Source: a virus
DNA length: 64,000 nt
Reading direction: 5' to 3' (one strand)
IMG/VR virus record: IMGVR_UViG_3300033153_013649
Location: 64,001-128,000 of that record
Part shown: piece by piece, positions 10,074-19,224 of the stretch
Numbering within the stretch: position 1 is the first letter of the stretch
Layout: every line of letters starts with the position of its first letter
The notes under the pieces: model-generated
Told to the model about the DNA's origin: nothing
The model's database searches: none
What the model saw: only the letters and a program-made list of their open reading frames with translations
Program-made: the position numbers and the translations under genes

Positions 10074-10622
10074 ATGAAAATTCTTGTAAATAGCCTATTA
10101 TTTTATGGTATAATATTTGATGAAAATGTTATTTTTGAAGATGCTTTTGTATCTGAAGAGTCTTATCTTGATTATGAAGATTTCGTAGAGAAATGCCGAA
10201 AAAATGATGAATTTATTTATGAAAATTCTGATTTTCTAAAGATATATTGGTATCATAAATTAGGTTATAAATTCGAACGTTATTCGGAAATTTCTATTCC
10301 AGAGGATAAAGGAAAAATTACTTATGAATGTAAAAGAAAAATTGCAGAGAAATTTCTTAAAGAAACAGGGATTGCTTTTGATGTGTTTCGTATGAGTTTT
10401 GGCCCTGAAGGTTTAATTATTGGAATAAAAGATACCTTTCTTAGAGTAGATTCTGGTGATTCACCTATTGATATATTTAAAGAATTCAAAAAGAAAGAAA
10501 TTAATTTTCCGGGGGATCAAAAGAAAAAAACCTTTTGGAACAGTCAAATTAGGGACTTTTGTAATGTTATTGGTCTGAAATTTGTTCAACCGAAATGGTT
10601 ACTTACTTTATATTGTTATTAA
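10074..10622 (+). CDS. hypothetical protein
   Basis: ORF. Confidence 0.6.
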   Translation: MKILVNSLLFYGIIFDENVIFEDAFVSEESYLDYEDFVEKCRKNDEFIYENSDFLKIYWYHKLGYKFERYSEISIPEDKGKITYECKRKIAEKFLKETGIAFDVFRMSFGPEGLIIGIKDTFLRVDSGDSPIDIFKEFKKKEINFPGDQKKKTFWNSQIRDFCNVIGLKFVQPKWLLTLYCY

Positions 10623-10641
10623 AAGGAGAAAAATAGAAATT

Positions 10642-11103
10642 ATGTTAAAGGAGAAAGATTTAAACACTTATAGAGAAATTCTTAAAGTGTTTCAGAAAAG
10701 AAGTACTTGTAAATCTCTAAAAGTATCAGCAATAATTATTAAAGACGGTCGTATTATTTCAACTGGATGGAACGGAGTACCTTCTGGATTTAAACATTGT
10801 GAAGATAGAGATTGGTCTGATTGTAAAAATCATGATGAATGGAGAAGGAAGCATTTAGAATTCCAAAAGAAATATGAAACCCATGCCGAAATGAACGCGA
10901 TTGCGTTTGCTGCAAAAAATGGAATTAAAACCGAAGGATCTGTAATTTTTTCATCAATTTCTCCCTGTAATGATTGTGCAAAATTAATTCTTCAATCGGG
11001 TATTAAAGAGGTTTATTATATAAAAAAATATGATCGACCTGATTTTGATGGATTATCTTTGCTTAAAAAAGCGAAGATAAGATGTTATAAAATAGAAGAA
11101 TAA
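10642..11103 (+). CDS. cd: dCMP deaminase
   Basis: RSTC, STGWNG, HAEMNAI and SPCNDCAK Zn motifs. Confidence 0.93.
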   Translation: MLKEKDLNTYREILKVFQKRSTCKSLKVSAIIIKDGRIISTGWNGVPSGFKHCEDRDWSDCKNHDEWRRKHLEFQKKYETHAEMNAIAFAAKNGIKTEGSVIFSSISPCNDCAKLILQSGIKEVYYIKKYDRPDFDGLSLLKKAKIRCYKIEE

Positions 11104-11119
11104 TATTATTAAATTTATG

Positions 11120-11148
11120 TTGACAAACTATTTTTAAATTTAGTATAT
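11120..11148 (+). promoter_or_regulatory. sigma70-type early promoter heading the modification cluster
   Basis: TTGACAAA..TTTAGTATATT. Confidence 0.8.
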
Positions 11149-11152
11149 TTTA

Positions 11153-11425
11153 TTGAAGAGAAAAAATGGGAAATTCAGAATGAAACAATATCTTAAAAAT
11201 CTCATAAAAGAACAACAACAAAATTTTCTTTTTATTATAGGTCTTTGGATCGGTATAATTGTAGCAAGTATTATATTTAGAACTAGTTGGGAATATGTAG
11301 TAGTTTGCTTGATTGGATTTGTTTGTAATATTATGGCTATATTTGTTATTGCGTTTATTATAAAGGTTGTTGTATGGTTTTTGCAATGTATCTTTTTAAG
11401 GAAAAGAGGAAAAAATGAGTATTAG
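11153..11425 (+). CDS. small 2-TM membrane protein
   Basis: Two hydrophobic stretches. Confidence 0.6.
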   Translation: MKRKNGKFRMKQYLKNLIKEQQQNFLFIIGLWIGIIVASIIFRTSWEYVVVCLIGFVCNIMAIFVIAFIIKVVVWFLQCIFLRKRGKNEY

Positions 11426-12041
11426 TTGCTTTCTTTCTAATAATGTAATTATTTCTGTAATGGGGCCAAGAAATACAGGAAAATCAACTTTAGTAGAAGC
11501 TTTACGATTAAATACAGGTATTAAAGTTAGAAAATTTCCCTTTAAAGATTATGTTACAAAAATTTTAGACAGAAAATCAGCAGAAACCGGAGGATTTTCA
11601 CTAGGAAAAGATTTACAGCTTTATTCTTTAATTAGTGATGGTTTGATTAAAACCCCTCTTATTCTTGATCGAGGAGATTTTTTTACTTCTTCTGTATATG
11701 GACTTTTAGATCAACGAATTTCTAGAAAAGTAGCCATAGAACATATTGAATATATGACAGAAAAATTTTTTCTTAGAGGGGATCCGATACCCGTTTATTT
11801 TATTTATTGTGAAATAGATGAATGTGTACCAGGAAACGAAATTCCAGAGAGGATGAGGAAAGATTCTTGGGATGATATGAAAAATTGGAAAGAAGAATCA
11901 GATTTATATAAAGAGATGGTTGAGATTTTTGAAAATAAAGTTCAAGATAGAATAATTAGATATAAAAACAATTTCGAATTTGATGCTCTTCTAAATATAG
12001 TAGAAACTCTTAAAATGATCTTACCAAAAAATGAATACTAA
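11415..12041 (+). CDS. dNMP kinase-like P-loop protein
   Basis: GPRNTGKST; LILDRG..TSSVYG (thymidylate-kinase-like). Confidence 0.75.
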   Translation: MSISCFLSNNVIISVMGPRNTGKSTLVEALRLNTGIKVRKFPFKDYVTKILDRKSAETGGFSLGKDLQLYSLISDGLIKTPLILDRGDFFTSSVYGLLDQRISRKVAIEHIEYMTEKFFLRGDPIPVYFIYCEIDECVPGNEIPERMRKDSWDDMKNWKEESDLYKEMVEIFENKVQDRIIRYKNNFEFDALLNIVETLKMILPKNEY

Positions 12042-12708
12042 TGATTTTATTCCATACAAATATTTTGGATTAAAAGAAGCTTTTGAAGAAATATTTGAAA
12101 AACAGGGGAAATTGTTTTGGAAATATATAGCTTCAGAAACTTCTTATGAAATAAACTCTCCGAAAGATTTGGATTTTGATATTAATATTTATCAAGATCA
12201 ACAATTATTTAAAGATATGCTTCAAATTAGATTCACAGAAGAATTAACTGAAGCTACAGAAGATTTAAAACATTATGATCATTTTGAAGAAGAAATAATA
12301 GATGCTTTTAATTTTTTAGTTTCGACCTATATTCTTTATGGCTGGGGAATCAAAGATCTTAAAAAATGGAATTCTAATAAGAAAATATTATATACTAATC
12401 TTCGATATATTTCTTCTTATTCAGAAATTAAGTCTAAAGAATTTTTAATCAAATTAGAAAATGAATTAAAAATCAAGATGTATGAAATAATAAAAGCAGT
12501 AGGGGAAACGTGTAATCTTCTTAAAAATAGGCCTTGGCGGGGAACTCAATATCTTGTAGATTTATATAAATTCGAACCCAGATTTAGAAAAATATGGATA
12601 GAATTTAATGATTTATGTAATGAATTATTAATAAGTCCTAAACGATTATTTGAATTATGGTCTTTGAAATTTCAATGTAACTTGTATAGGATAGATACAA
12701 ACTATTAG
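12031..12708 (+). CDS. all-alpha NTP pyrophosphatase (dimeric dUTPase/MazG-like)
   Basis: EELTEA, EEIIDAFNF, LLKNRPW and K..CN..R...NY ending. Confidence 0.75.
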   Translation: MNTNDFIPYKYFGLKEAFEEIFEKQGKLFWKYIASETSYEINSPKDLDFDINIYQDQQLFKDMLQIRFTEELTEATEDLKHYDHFEEEIIDAFNFLVSTYILYGWGIKDLKKWNSNKKILYTNLRYISSYSEIKSKEFLIKLENELKIKMYEIIKAVGETCNLLKNRPWRGTQYLVDLYKFEPRFRKIWIEFNDLCNELLISPKRLFELWSLKFQCNLYRIDTNY

Positions 12709-12774
12709 TTTTACTTGTTTTTTAATCTATATTTAAAGTAAGATATTAATCCGAATTTACAAAGGAGAAATAAA

Positions 12775-14208
12775 ATGTGTGGTTTTGCTTTAATAAAAGC
12801 AAATATAGAAAAAGGAAATCTTATTCGTCATAGAGGCATAGAAAAATCTTCGGTTCCAATGAATTCAATTTGTGATAGCGATAAATTCATAGGATTAAGA
12901 GATTATTATATTGCTGTTCATCATCGTCTTCCTATTCAAACTATTGAAGGGGATGAATGGAAACAACCAATTGAAGTAGATGATAATGTTTGGATGATGT
13001 ATAATGGAGAAATATTTAATTATGATACTAATTATTATGAAAACGACGTACATTATTTAGTCGAATTTTTTAAAAATATTAATTGGCTAAAATTTTTTCT
13101 TGATAGTTATTACAGGAGAAGATTTCTTTTAGAGATAAATTCATGGGATGGATTTTGGTCTATTTTCTTAATTGATAGTAAAAATGGAATAACTGTAACT
13201 TTTACTGATCCTCTTGGAAAGAAACAACTTTATTATAATGATGATTTTGAATTTGCTTCTGAATTGAAACCTCTTATTATAGAAGACAGATGTAATTATG
13301 ATTTAATATTTAAATCTCAAATTGCAAAATGGGGTTATAATACAAACGAGAGAACCCCTTATAAAAATATTAAAAGGATATTACCAAATACGATTTATTT
13401 ATTTTTTTCAGGAAGAACAGATTTAATTACTACGATTCCGAATTATTATTCTTTTGAATCTAATAATATTACACCTTTTAGATTGAAAGCTCTTCTTGAA
13501 AAATCAGTAGAAAGAAGATTACTTTCTAAAAAATATAAAATAGGGGTTTTACTTTCTGGAGGATTAGATTCTTCTATAATAGCTACTATTCTAGAAAAAC
13601 GATTTGAAAAAACTGATGTTATATATTATTCTGTTGATAACGAAGAAAGAAAATATGTTGAAATTCTTCAAAAAGAATTAGGAATAAAGGTTAATTTCTT
13701 TGAATATAAAATAGAAGATTATGATCTTTATAATGTATATGTTAATGATTACGAATTTCCTATTGATCTTGGGTCTTGTATTCCTCAATTAAAATTATTT
13801 GAAAATATTAAAGAAAAAATTGTACTTTCTGGTGATGGAGCAGATGAATTATTTGGAGGTTATAGAAGAATTGATGAATATGATTCTCAAAGATCAGATA
13901 TATTTGATGAATTATCTTATTTTCATCTTCCTAGATTAGATCGAGCTTCAATGAAATATACTATTGAACTTAGGAATCCTTATCTTGGACATGATATAAT
14001 TCGCAAAGCTTTGAAATTACCGATAGAAGAAAGAAAAAATAAAGCAATTCTTAAAAAGGAATTTTCTAATGACCTTCCACCTGAAATAATTTTTAGAAAA
14101 AAACATCCTCTTAAAAATCCTGAAATTGTTAAGGATAAAATAGCTTATAGATTCAAAGTTTTAGAAGCCTTTTATGGAGAAAATAACGGAAGATATTTCA
14201 ATGTCTAA
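12775..14208 (+). CDS. asparagine synthetase B-like glutamine amidotransferase/amide ligase
   Basis: N-terminal MCG (Ntn Cys), HRG, YNGEIFN, D.LGKKQLY, LSGGLDSS, SGDGADELFGGY. Confidence 0.92.
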   Translation: MCGFALIKANIEKGNLIRHRGIEKSSVPMNSICDSDKFIGLRDYYIAVHHRLPIQTIEGDEWKQPIEVDDNVWMMYNGEIFNYDTNYYENDVHYLVEFFKNINWLKFFLDSYYRRRFLLEINSWDGFWSIFLIDSKNGITVTFTDPLGKKQLYYNDDFEFASELKPLIIEDRCNYDLIFKSQIAKWGYNTNERTPYKNIKRILPNTIYLFFSGRTDLITTIPNYYSFESNNITPFRLKALLEKSVERRLLSKKYKIGVLLSGGLDSSIIATILEKRFEKTDVIYYSVDNEERKYVEILQKELGIKVNFFEYKIEDYDLYNVYVNDYEFPIDLGSCIPQLKLFENIKEKIVLSGDGADELFGGYRRIDEYDSQRSDIFDELSYFHLPRLDRASMKYTIELRNPYLGHDIIRKALKLPIEERKNKAILKKEFSNDLPPEIIFRKKHPLKNPEIVKDKIAYRFKVLEAFYGENNGRYFNV

Positions 14209-15205
14209 ATTTCGAAATGAAATAGGTATTACTGAAAAATTGAGAATGATTTCAGACGAAATTCCAAAGGATTATCATTGTACTTGTAAATATTGTTCTT
14301 CTGATAATTTTATTGGTGAAATATATGATTGGTCTATTAATAAGTATTATTCTCAATTAGCTAGAAATAAATATTACTTTCCTCTTTCAAAGGATATAAA
14401 AAAACATCTTTGTCCTGGACAGTGGCAAGGTTATCGTTGGGCAGTTCAAAATTTTACTGATTCCGGAGACTGGACTTTCGATCCAACTGTAGGAACAGGA
14501 ACCTCTATGATTGAATCGTTGATTCATAGAAGAAACGCAGTTGGAATAGAATTAGAATATTCTTCTATTACTAGAATGAATTTAAATCATATTTATAATA
14601 CAATTGGAAAATCTGTATCTTATAAAACAAATCCTCTTGGGGTTAGTCATCTTATTAATGGAAATGCTCGAGATTTGAAAAAGTTATTAATCGATCTTGA
14701 AAAAAGAATATTCGGAACTTTTAATTTTCGATTAATTATGAATGGACCTCCTTATCCAATATTATCAGGGAAAAATGTTTCTTCGGATGCGCCAGAGCGT
14801 AAGATTTTTAAAGATAAAAATGGCAAGAAAGTAACTAAAATATCAAATGCAAAATTAGAAAAAGATCAATCCTTTGATTATCAAAATCCAGATAATTTTG
14901 GATCTAAAAGGGGAGAAGAATATTGGAATTTTATTACTAAAATGTATCTTGATTGTATTCCATTTATGGTCAAAAAGGGGAAGATGGTAATAATTATTAA
15001 AGATCTAGTTAATAAGAAAAAACCTTATCTTCTTCATAAAAAGGTTATAGATAATATTTTAAATCAGACAGATTTACTTAAATATTATGGATGGTATATT
15101 CATAAGCATATTCCAAGAACTATGTTTATGAATACTTATCCAAAAAGATTCCCTGAAGTAAAAATTCCTTTATATCAAACGGCAATAGTATTGGAAAAAA
15201 TATGA
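14201..15205 (+). CDS. N4/N6-type DNA methyltransferase-like protein
   Basis: FDPTVGTGT (motif I), GIELE, NGPPY (motif IV variant). Confidence 0.8.
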   Translation: MSKFRNEIGITEKLRMISDEIPKDYHCTCKYCSSDNFIGEIYDWSINKYYSQLARNKYYFPLSKDIKKHLCPGQWQGYRWAVQNFTDSGDWTFDPTVGTGTSMIESLIHRRNAVGIELEYSSITRMNLNHIYNTIGKSVSYKTNPLGVSHLINGNARDLKKLLIDLEKRIFGTFNFRLIMNGPPYPILSGKNVSSDAPERKIFKDKNGKKVTKISNAKLEKDQSFDYQNPDNFGSKRGEEYWNFITKMYLDCIPFMVKKGKMVIIIKDLVNKKKPYLLHKKVIDNILNQTDLLKYYGWYIHKHIPRTMFMNTYPKRFPEVKIPLYQTAIVLEKI

Positions 15206-16413
15206 AGATATTAGGAATTCATGCTGGTGTAGGATCGATGATAATTCCAGCTAAAGAATTAAGATTGAATATAGTAGGAAATATTGAACCTCGCCGAATA
15301 TTTCATTATGGAGAACCCTTTCAAAGGTATTTTAATGCCCCAATGTATAAGAACTTTGATGATGTTTTTGCATTTCAAAATCAAGATATTCATATTGTAA
15401 TTGGTCATCCGGAATGCGGAGACTTTTCTAATTTAAAAATTAAGAAAAGTAATACGTATACCGTAAATGATATACGTCAATGGATGAAGATGACGCAAAT
15501 TATTAACCCTTTATATTTTGTTATGGATAATCTTCCTGGGGCAATGGATAAAATTACAGCAAAAGAATGGAACAAAATGTTTCCCGATTATGATATTTTC
15601 TTTGAATATATTTCAAATTATGATTATGGAAACGTTCAAAGGAACAGAAATCGATTATTTGTTATTGGAGCAAAAAGATTTTTAAAATTCACTTTTATCC
15701 CAGGAGGAAATCTTAATAATCTTACAACTAAAGAGGTAATATCGGGTCTTACAGAAAAAGACAAAAATCACGTTTTTCTGAAACCTGACGATGATATTCG
15801 TGGTTGGTCAACTTATAATATTCCATTACCGAAATTTCGTAATATAATTTCTAGGAGGATTAAATTTAAGGAATTCCAAAAATATTTGAATAGTATTCCA
15901 AGTAGTGAATACAATAAGAAATTATGGTACATAAACAAAAAAAATGAAAAGAAGAAAAGACCTATTTTATTAGTTACTTTAGATAAACCTTCTTATCTTT
16001 TAACTGGATCTAGTGGATTTGATAATATTTGGATTGCTGTAGAAAATAGACCGTTTACGATTAGAGAAAAATTGAGGATTCAAGGAGCTCCGGATGATTT
16101 TGTTCTTTATCCAACTGAATATGATTCAGGGGGAATTGTTCGGATGAAACATAATATACAAGTTGGTAAATTTATGCCAGTTCAAGCTTGTAGATATATT
16201 TTAAATCAGATTATGATTAATTGGTATAAAGATTCTCCGATAGAAGAAAAAAAGCAAACTGAATTAGAAAAAAATTATTTCAGGAGAACTATTTTTTCTT
16301 CTTCAATTAACAAGGCGAAAAGAGAATATTGTAATATAACTAATTATACTGATCAAGATAAAGCTTGTAAGTTTTGTTGGCTTAAAAAAGGATGTGTAAT
16401 TAAATTACATTAA
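15202..16413 (+). CDS. atypical C5-cytosine methyltransferase-fold enzyme
   Basis: AGVGS, GHPECGDFS, MDNL (for ENV), QRNRNRLF, RPFTIRE.LRIQG.PDDF, QVGK (for Q.GN); Cys-rich tail. Confidence 0.85.
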   Translation: MKILGIHAGVGSMIIPAKELRLNIVGNIEPRRIFHYGEPFQRYFNAPMYKNFDDVFAFQNQDIHIVIGHPECGDFSNLKIKKSNTYTVNDIRQWMKMTQIINPLYFVMDNLPGAMDKITAKEWNKMFPDYDIFFEYISNYDYGNVQRNRNRLFVIGAKRFLKFTFIPGGNLNNLTTKEVISGLTEKDKNHVFLKPDDDIRGWSTYNIPLPKFRNIISRRIKFKEFQKYLNSIPSSEYNKKLWYINKKNEKKKRPILLVTLDKPSYLLTGSSGFDNIWIAVENRPFTIREKLRIQGAPDDFVLYPTEYDSGGIVRMKHNIQVGKFMPVQACRYILNQIMINWYKDSPIEEKKQTELEKNYFRRTIFSSSINKAKREYCNITNYTDQDKACKFCWLKKGCVIKLH

Positions 16414-16427
16414 AAGATATTTTTATA

Positions 16428-16456
16428 TTGACAAAATACATTTAATTTTGTATATT
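16428..16456 (+). promoter_or_regulatory. sigma70-type early promoter
   Basis: TTGACA-17-TATATT. Confidence 0.75.
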
Positions 16457-16511
16457 ATAATTGATGAATAATAAACAAAAGAAGATGAAAAATTAATTTA
16501 GGGGAAAGATT

Positions 16512-16700
16512 ATGAATGAAAATATTATGAGAAAAGTTGGCTTTGGTGATGAAATGGATCTTATTAAAAAAGGTCAATGTCCGCTTTGTCATGAAAAAGT
16601 TGATGTGAAAAATTTCCGGGATGAACTTTCAGTACGAGAGTTTAAAATTTCGGGTCTATGCCAGAAATGTCAAGATGATATATTCGAAATAGGTGAATAA
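16512..16700 (+). CDS. small Zn-finger protein
   Basis: CPLC...FRDELS.REF.ISGLCQKCQD..F. Confidence 0.75.
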   Translation: MNENIMRKVGFGDEMDLIKKGQCPLCHEKVDVKNFRDELSVREFKISGLCQKCQDDIFEIGE

Positions 16701-16724
16701 TAAATAATTGGAGAATTTAAATAT

Positions 16725-17456
16725 ATGAGAATATTTCGTGATTGTGAAGAAATGATAAAAGAAATAGATCGAGAATTACTTGTTTGTGGTATATCTTGTC
16801 CCGTGAAACATTATCAGAATAAAAAACTTCATGGCGAAGATCAAATTACTAAAGAATTAATTGGTTTAGGGTTTGTGATTGGGAAGCCTTTAAAAAAACG
16901 AGATGAAATGATTAAATTCGTTTTTGGGGACGAATGGGAAAAAATTAAAGCTTATTGTGAACAAGAACATTTAGATCGAGTTTGTGGTAAGCCATTAAAT
17001 CCAGGGCATTCATATAAAATCCGTCAGGATATGTGGCAAAAGTTTATGATTAATGACGAAACAGCTTTTGATTATACTTATTCCGAGCGTATATATTGGC
17101 AGATAGAAAATGTTTTGGAAGCTTTAAAAGAAGATAAACATACCCGTCAAGCTGTTATTCAAGTTTTTCAAGCTCAGATTGATAATAAGAAATTCGGTGG
17201 AGACACTCGAATTCCTTGTTCAGTAGATTGGCAATTTTTAATTAGAAATAATCGTTTAAATGTTATTTATCACATGAGATCGAATGATTATTATGGTCAC
17301 TTTCCTATTGATATATATTTATCAGCTTCTTTGATGCAATATTTTCGATCAAGATTGTTGGATTTTTATCCAGATCTTAAAACAGGGGCTCTAACTTATT
17401 TTGCTGGCAGCTTACACGCATATAGTTGGGATTTAAAAGAACACGTTGTGTTTTAA
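16725..17456 (+). CDS. thymidylate-synthase-fold enzyme, probably dCMP hydroxymethylase (gp42-like)
   Basis: YTYSER, TRQAV, IPC catalytic Cys, MRSNDYYGHFPID with Asp at the Asn177/Asp179 specificity position, GSLHAY. Confidence 0.8.
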   Translation: MRIFRDCEEMIKEIDRELLVCGISCPVKHYQNKKLHGEDQITKELIGLGFVIGKPLKKRDEMIKFVFGDEWEKIKAYCEQEHLDRVCGKPLNPGHSYKIRQDMWQKFMINDETAFDYTYSERIYWQIENVLEALKEDKHTRQAVIQVFQAQIDNKKFGGDTRIPCSVDWQFLIRNNRLNVIYHMRSNDYYGHFPIDIYLSASLMQYFRSRLLDFYPDLKTGALTYFAGSLHAYSWDLKEHVVF

Positions 17457-17472
17457 GAGGAGGAAATTTATA

Positions 17473-17850
17473 GTGAGAGTAATAATTGCTGGGAGTGAGT
17501 ATTATTTAGATGGAAGAGAATTTGACGATTATTTTTTCGTATCTAAAACTATAACTAAATCTCCATTTCGTCCTTATATTAAGGAAATAATAGTAGGAGG
17601 AGCAAAAGGAGTTGATTCTCTTGGTGAAAGATATGCTAGAGAACATTCTTTTAAACTTCGAATTATTGCAGCTGATTGGAATAAATATGGGAATAGTGCT
17701 GGGATGATAAGAAACAGAGAAATGGCTGAAAATGCTGATGCTTTAATTGCTATAAAATTACCCGATTCTAAAGAGATAGTTAATATGATTAAGGTTGCAG
17801 TAGATCATAATTTGCATATACTATCAATAACTTATAGGCTAGAAAAATAA
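17473..17850 (+). CDS. SLOG/YspA-like (DUF2493) protein
   Basis: VIIAGS, GGAKGVDSLGE, ADWNKYG.SAGMIRN.EMA. Confidence 0.85.
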   Translation: MRVIIAGSEYYLDGREFDDYFFVSKTITKSPFRPYIKEIIVGGAKGVDSLGERYAREHSFKLRIIAADWNKYGNSAGMIRNREMAENADALIAIKLPDSKEIVNMIKVAVDHNLHILSITYRLEK

Positions 17851-17851
17851 T

Positions 17852-18055
17852 ATGCCAACCTATGATTTTAAATGTACAAAATGTAAAAACGAATGGGAAG
17901 AATTTTTTAAATCAATGAATTTTAAAGTGCCAAAATGTCCAATATGCGGAGCTTTAGCAAAAGAAATAATTTCTGCACCCGTTGGATTTAAATTTATTGG
18001 TCCCGGGTTTTATGAAACAGATTATAAAGAAAAAAAGAAAAAGGATGACCTATAG
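17852..18055 (+). CDS. FmdB-family Zn ribbon protein
   Basis: MPTYDFKCTKC...CPICG...F.GPGFYETDY. Confidence 0.9.
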   Translation: MPTYDFKCTKCKNEWEEFFKSMNFKVPKCPICGALAKEIISAPVGFKFIGPGFYETDYKEKKKKDDL

Positions 18056-18237
18056 AGATGGGGTAAAAATTAAATTTGAATATCTTTGAGCGAATGGCGC
18101 AAATGGTATACGCAGTGGATTACGCAGACAGTTCTAGACCTCTGGCGTGTTGATTATTAAACGAAAAACAAGTAATAATTAATAGATAATATGAGAAGCT
18201 TGATAAATTATTAAAAACAAAAGAAAGGAAATAACTA

Positions 18238-18498
18238 ATGTTAGAAAAAGAAAGTGTAGAAGAGTTAAATCTTTTTAAGCTTGTTGAAAGGGGTGATGCG
18301 GTATGCAGCAAAGCCAAAGAGCTTACAAACCGCGTAGATCATGTGGTTTCTAGACTAATAGGTAGTAGTCAAAAAACAAATAAAAAAGAGGAGGCAAAAC
18401 CAACGTGTCCTAATAATTTGTTTGATTTATTAGATGACCATTTTAATAGAATCATGGAAAGTTTAGTTAAAGCTATAAATGGGCTTGATAAATTATAA
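18238..18498 (+). CDS. hypothetical helical protein, paralogue 1
   Basis: Similar to 18607..18870; shared leader AAACAAAAGAAAGGAA. Confidence 0.65.
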   Translation: MLEKESVEELNLFKLVERGDAVCSKAKELTNRVDHVVSRLIGSSQKTNKKEEAKPTCPNNLFDLLDDHFNRIMESLVKAINGLDKL

Positions 18499-18606
18499 TA
18501 TTAGTTGAGAGAGTAGCGAAAGATTATAGGGGATGCTTGGTGGATGTGTTAAGTTACGTTAAATAGTTAAGGAAATGTTCTTACAAACAAAGAAAGGAAT
18601 TAAACA

Positions 18607-18870
18607 ATGTTATCATCAGATGAAAAAACAAAGGATACTATGAAGATTATAGAACTTGTTGAGCAGGCTAGGATTGTATTGAATTGTTCGTGTTCTCTTA
18701 GTGAAATCGCAAGAACTAAAGTATCTACATTGATAGGTCGTGGACCAGAAGCTCCAGAGGAGAATAAAAAAGAAGAGAATCCTGATAATCTATATGATAA
18801 TGTCATGCATTTACTTAAAAGAACCCTTGAGAGTTTACACGAGATCGAATATGAGCTTGATAGATTGTAA
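18607..18870 (+). CDS. hypothetical helical protein, paralogue 2
   Basis: LVE..LIG..P.NL.D..R.LESL..LD.L shared with the previous ORF. Confidence 0.65.
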   Translation: MLSSDEKTKDTMKIIELVEQARIVLNCSCSLSEIARTKVSTLIGRGPEAPEENKKEENPDNLYDNVMHLLKRTLESLHEIEYELDRL

Positions 18871-18878
18871 ACTTTATT

Positions 18879-19016
18879 GAACGAGTGGCGGAATAGGTAG
18901 ACGTTACCATCTGGACTTGGTTAGAGCTTTGGCTTGGGGTGACCGTGGTAAGAGGGGTTCGACTCCCCTTTTAAACAGATAGTTTAACCATGCAGGCTCG
19001 AGTCCTGCCTCGTTCT
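18879..19016 (+). ncRNA. tRNA-like RNA with a second tRNA-like element nested in the anticodon arm
   Basis: Acceptor GAACGAG/CTCGTTC, D-arm TGGCGGAATAGGTAGACG, T-arm GCAGG-CTCGAGT-CCTGC, internal T-arm AGGGG-TTCGACT-CCCCT. Confidence 0.6.
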
Positions 19017-19224
19017 TTAAGGTAATAATTGGTAGTGAGAAGGAAGTCAATTAAACAATTAAAATTATTGAATAACAAATGTATCATCTGGGAGTAAGTT
19101 GATTTTTGGTCAGGTTGTATTTATTGTAACGGTCAGATCTATGAATATGTTCAGATTGATATTTTATAGGATGAAAATTGGAAAGAAGAGTTTAGATTCA
19201 AATATATTATAGGAATAAAAAAAG

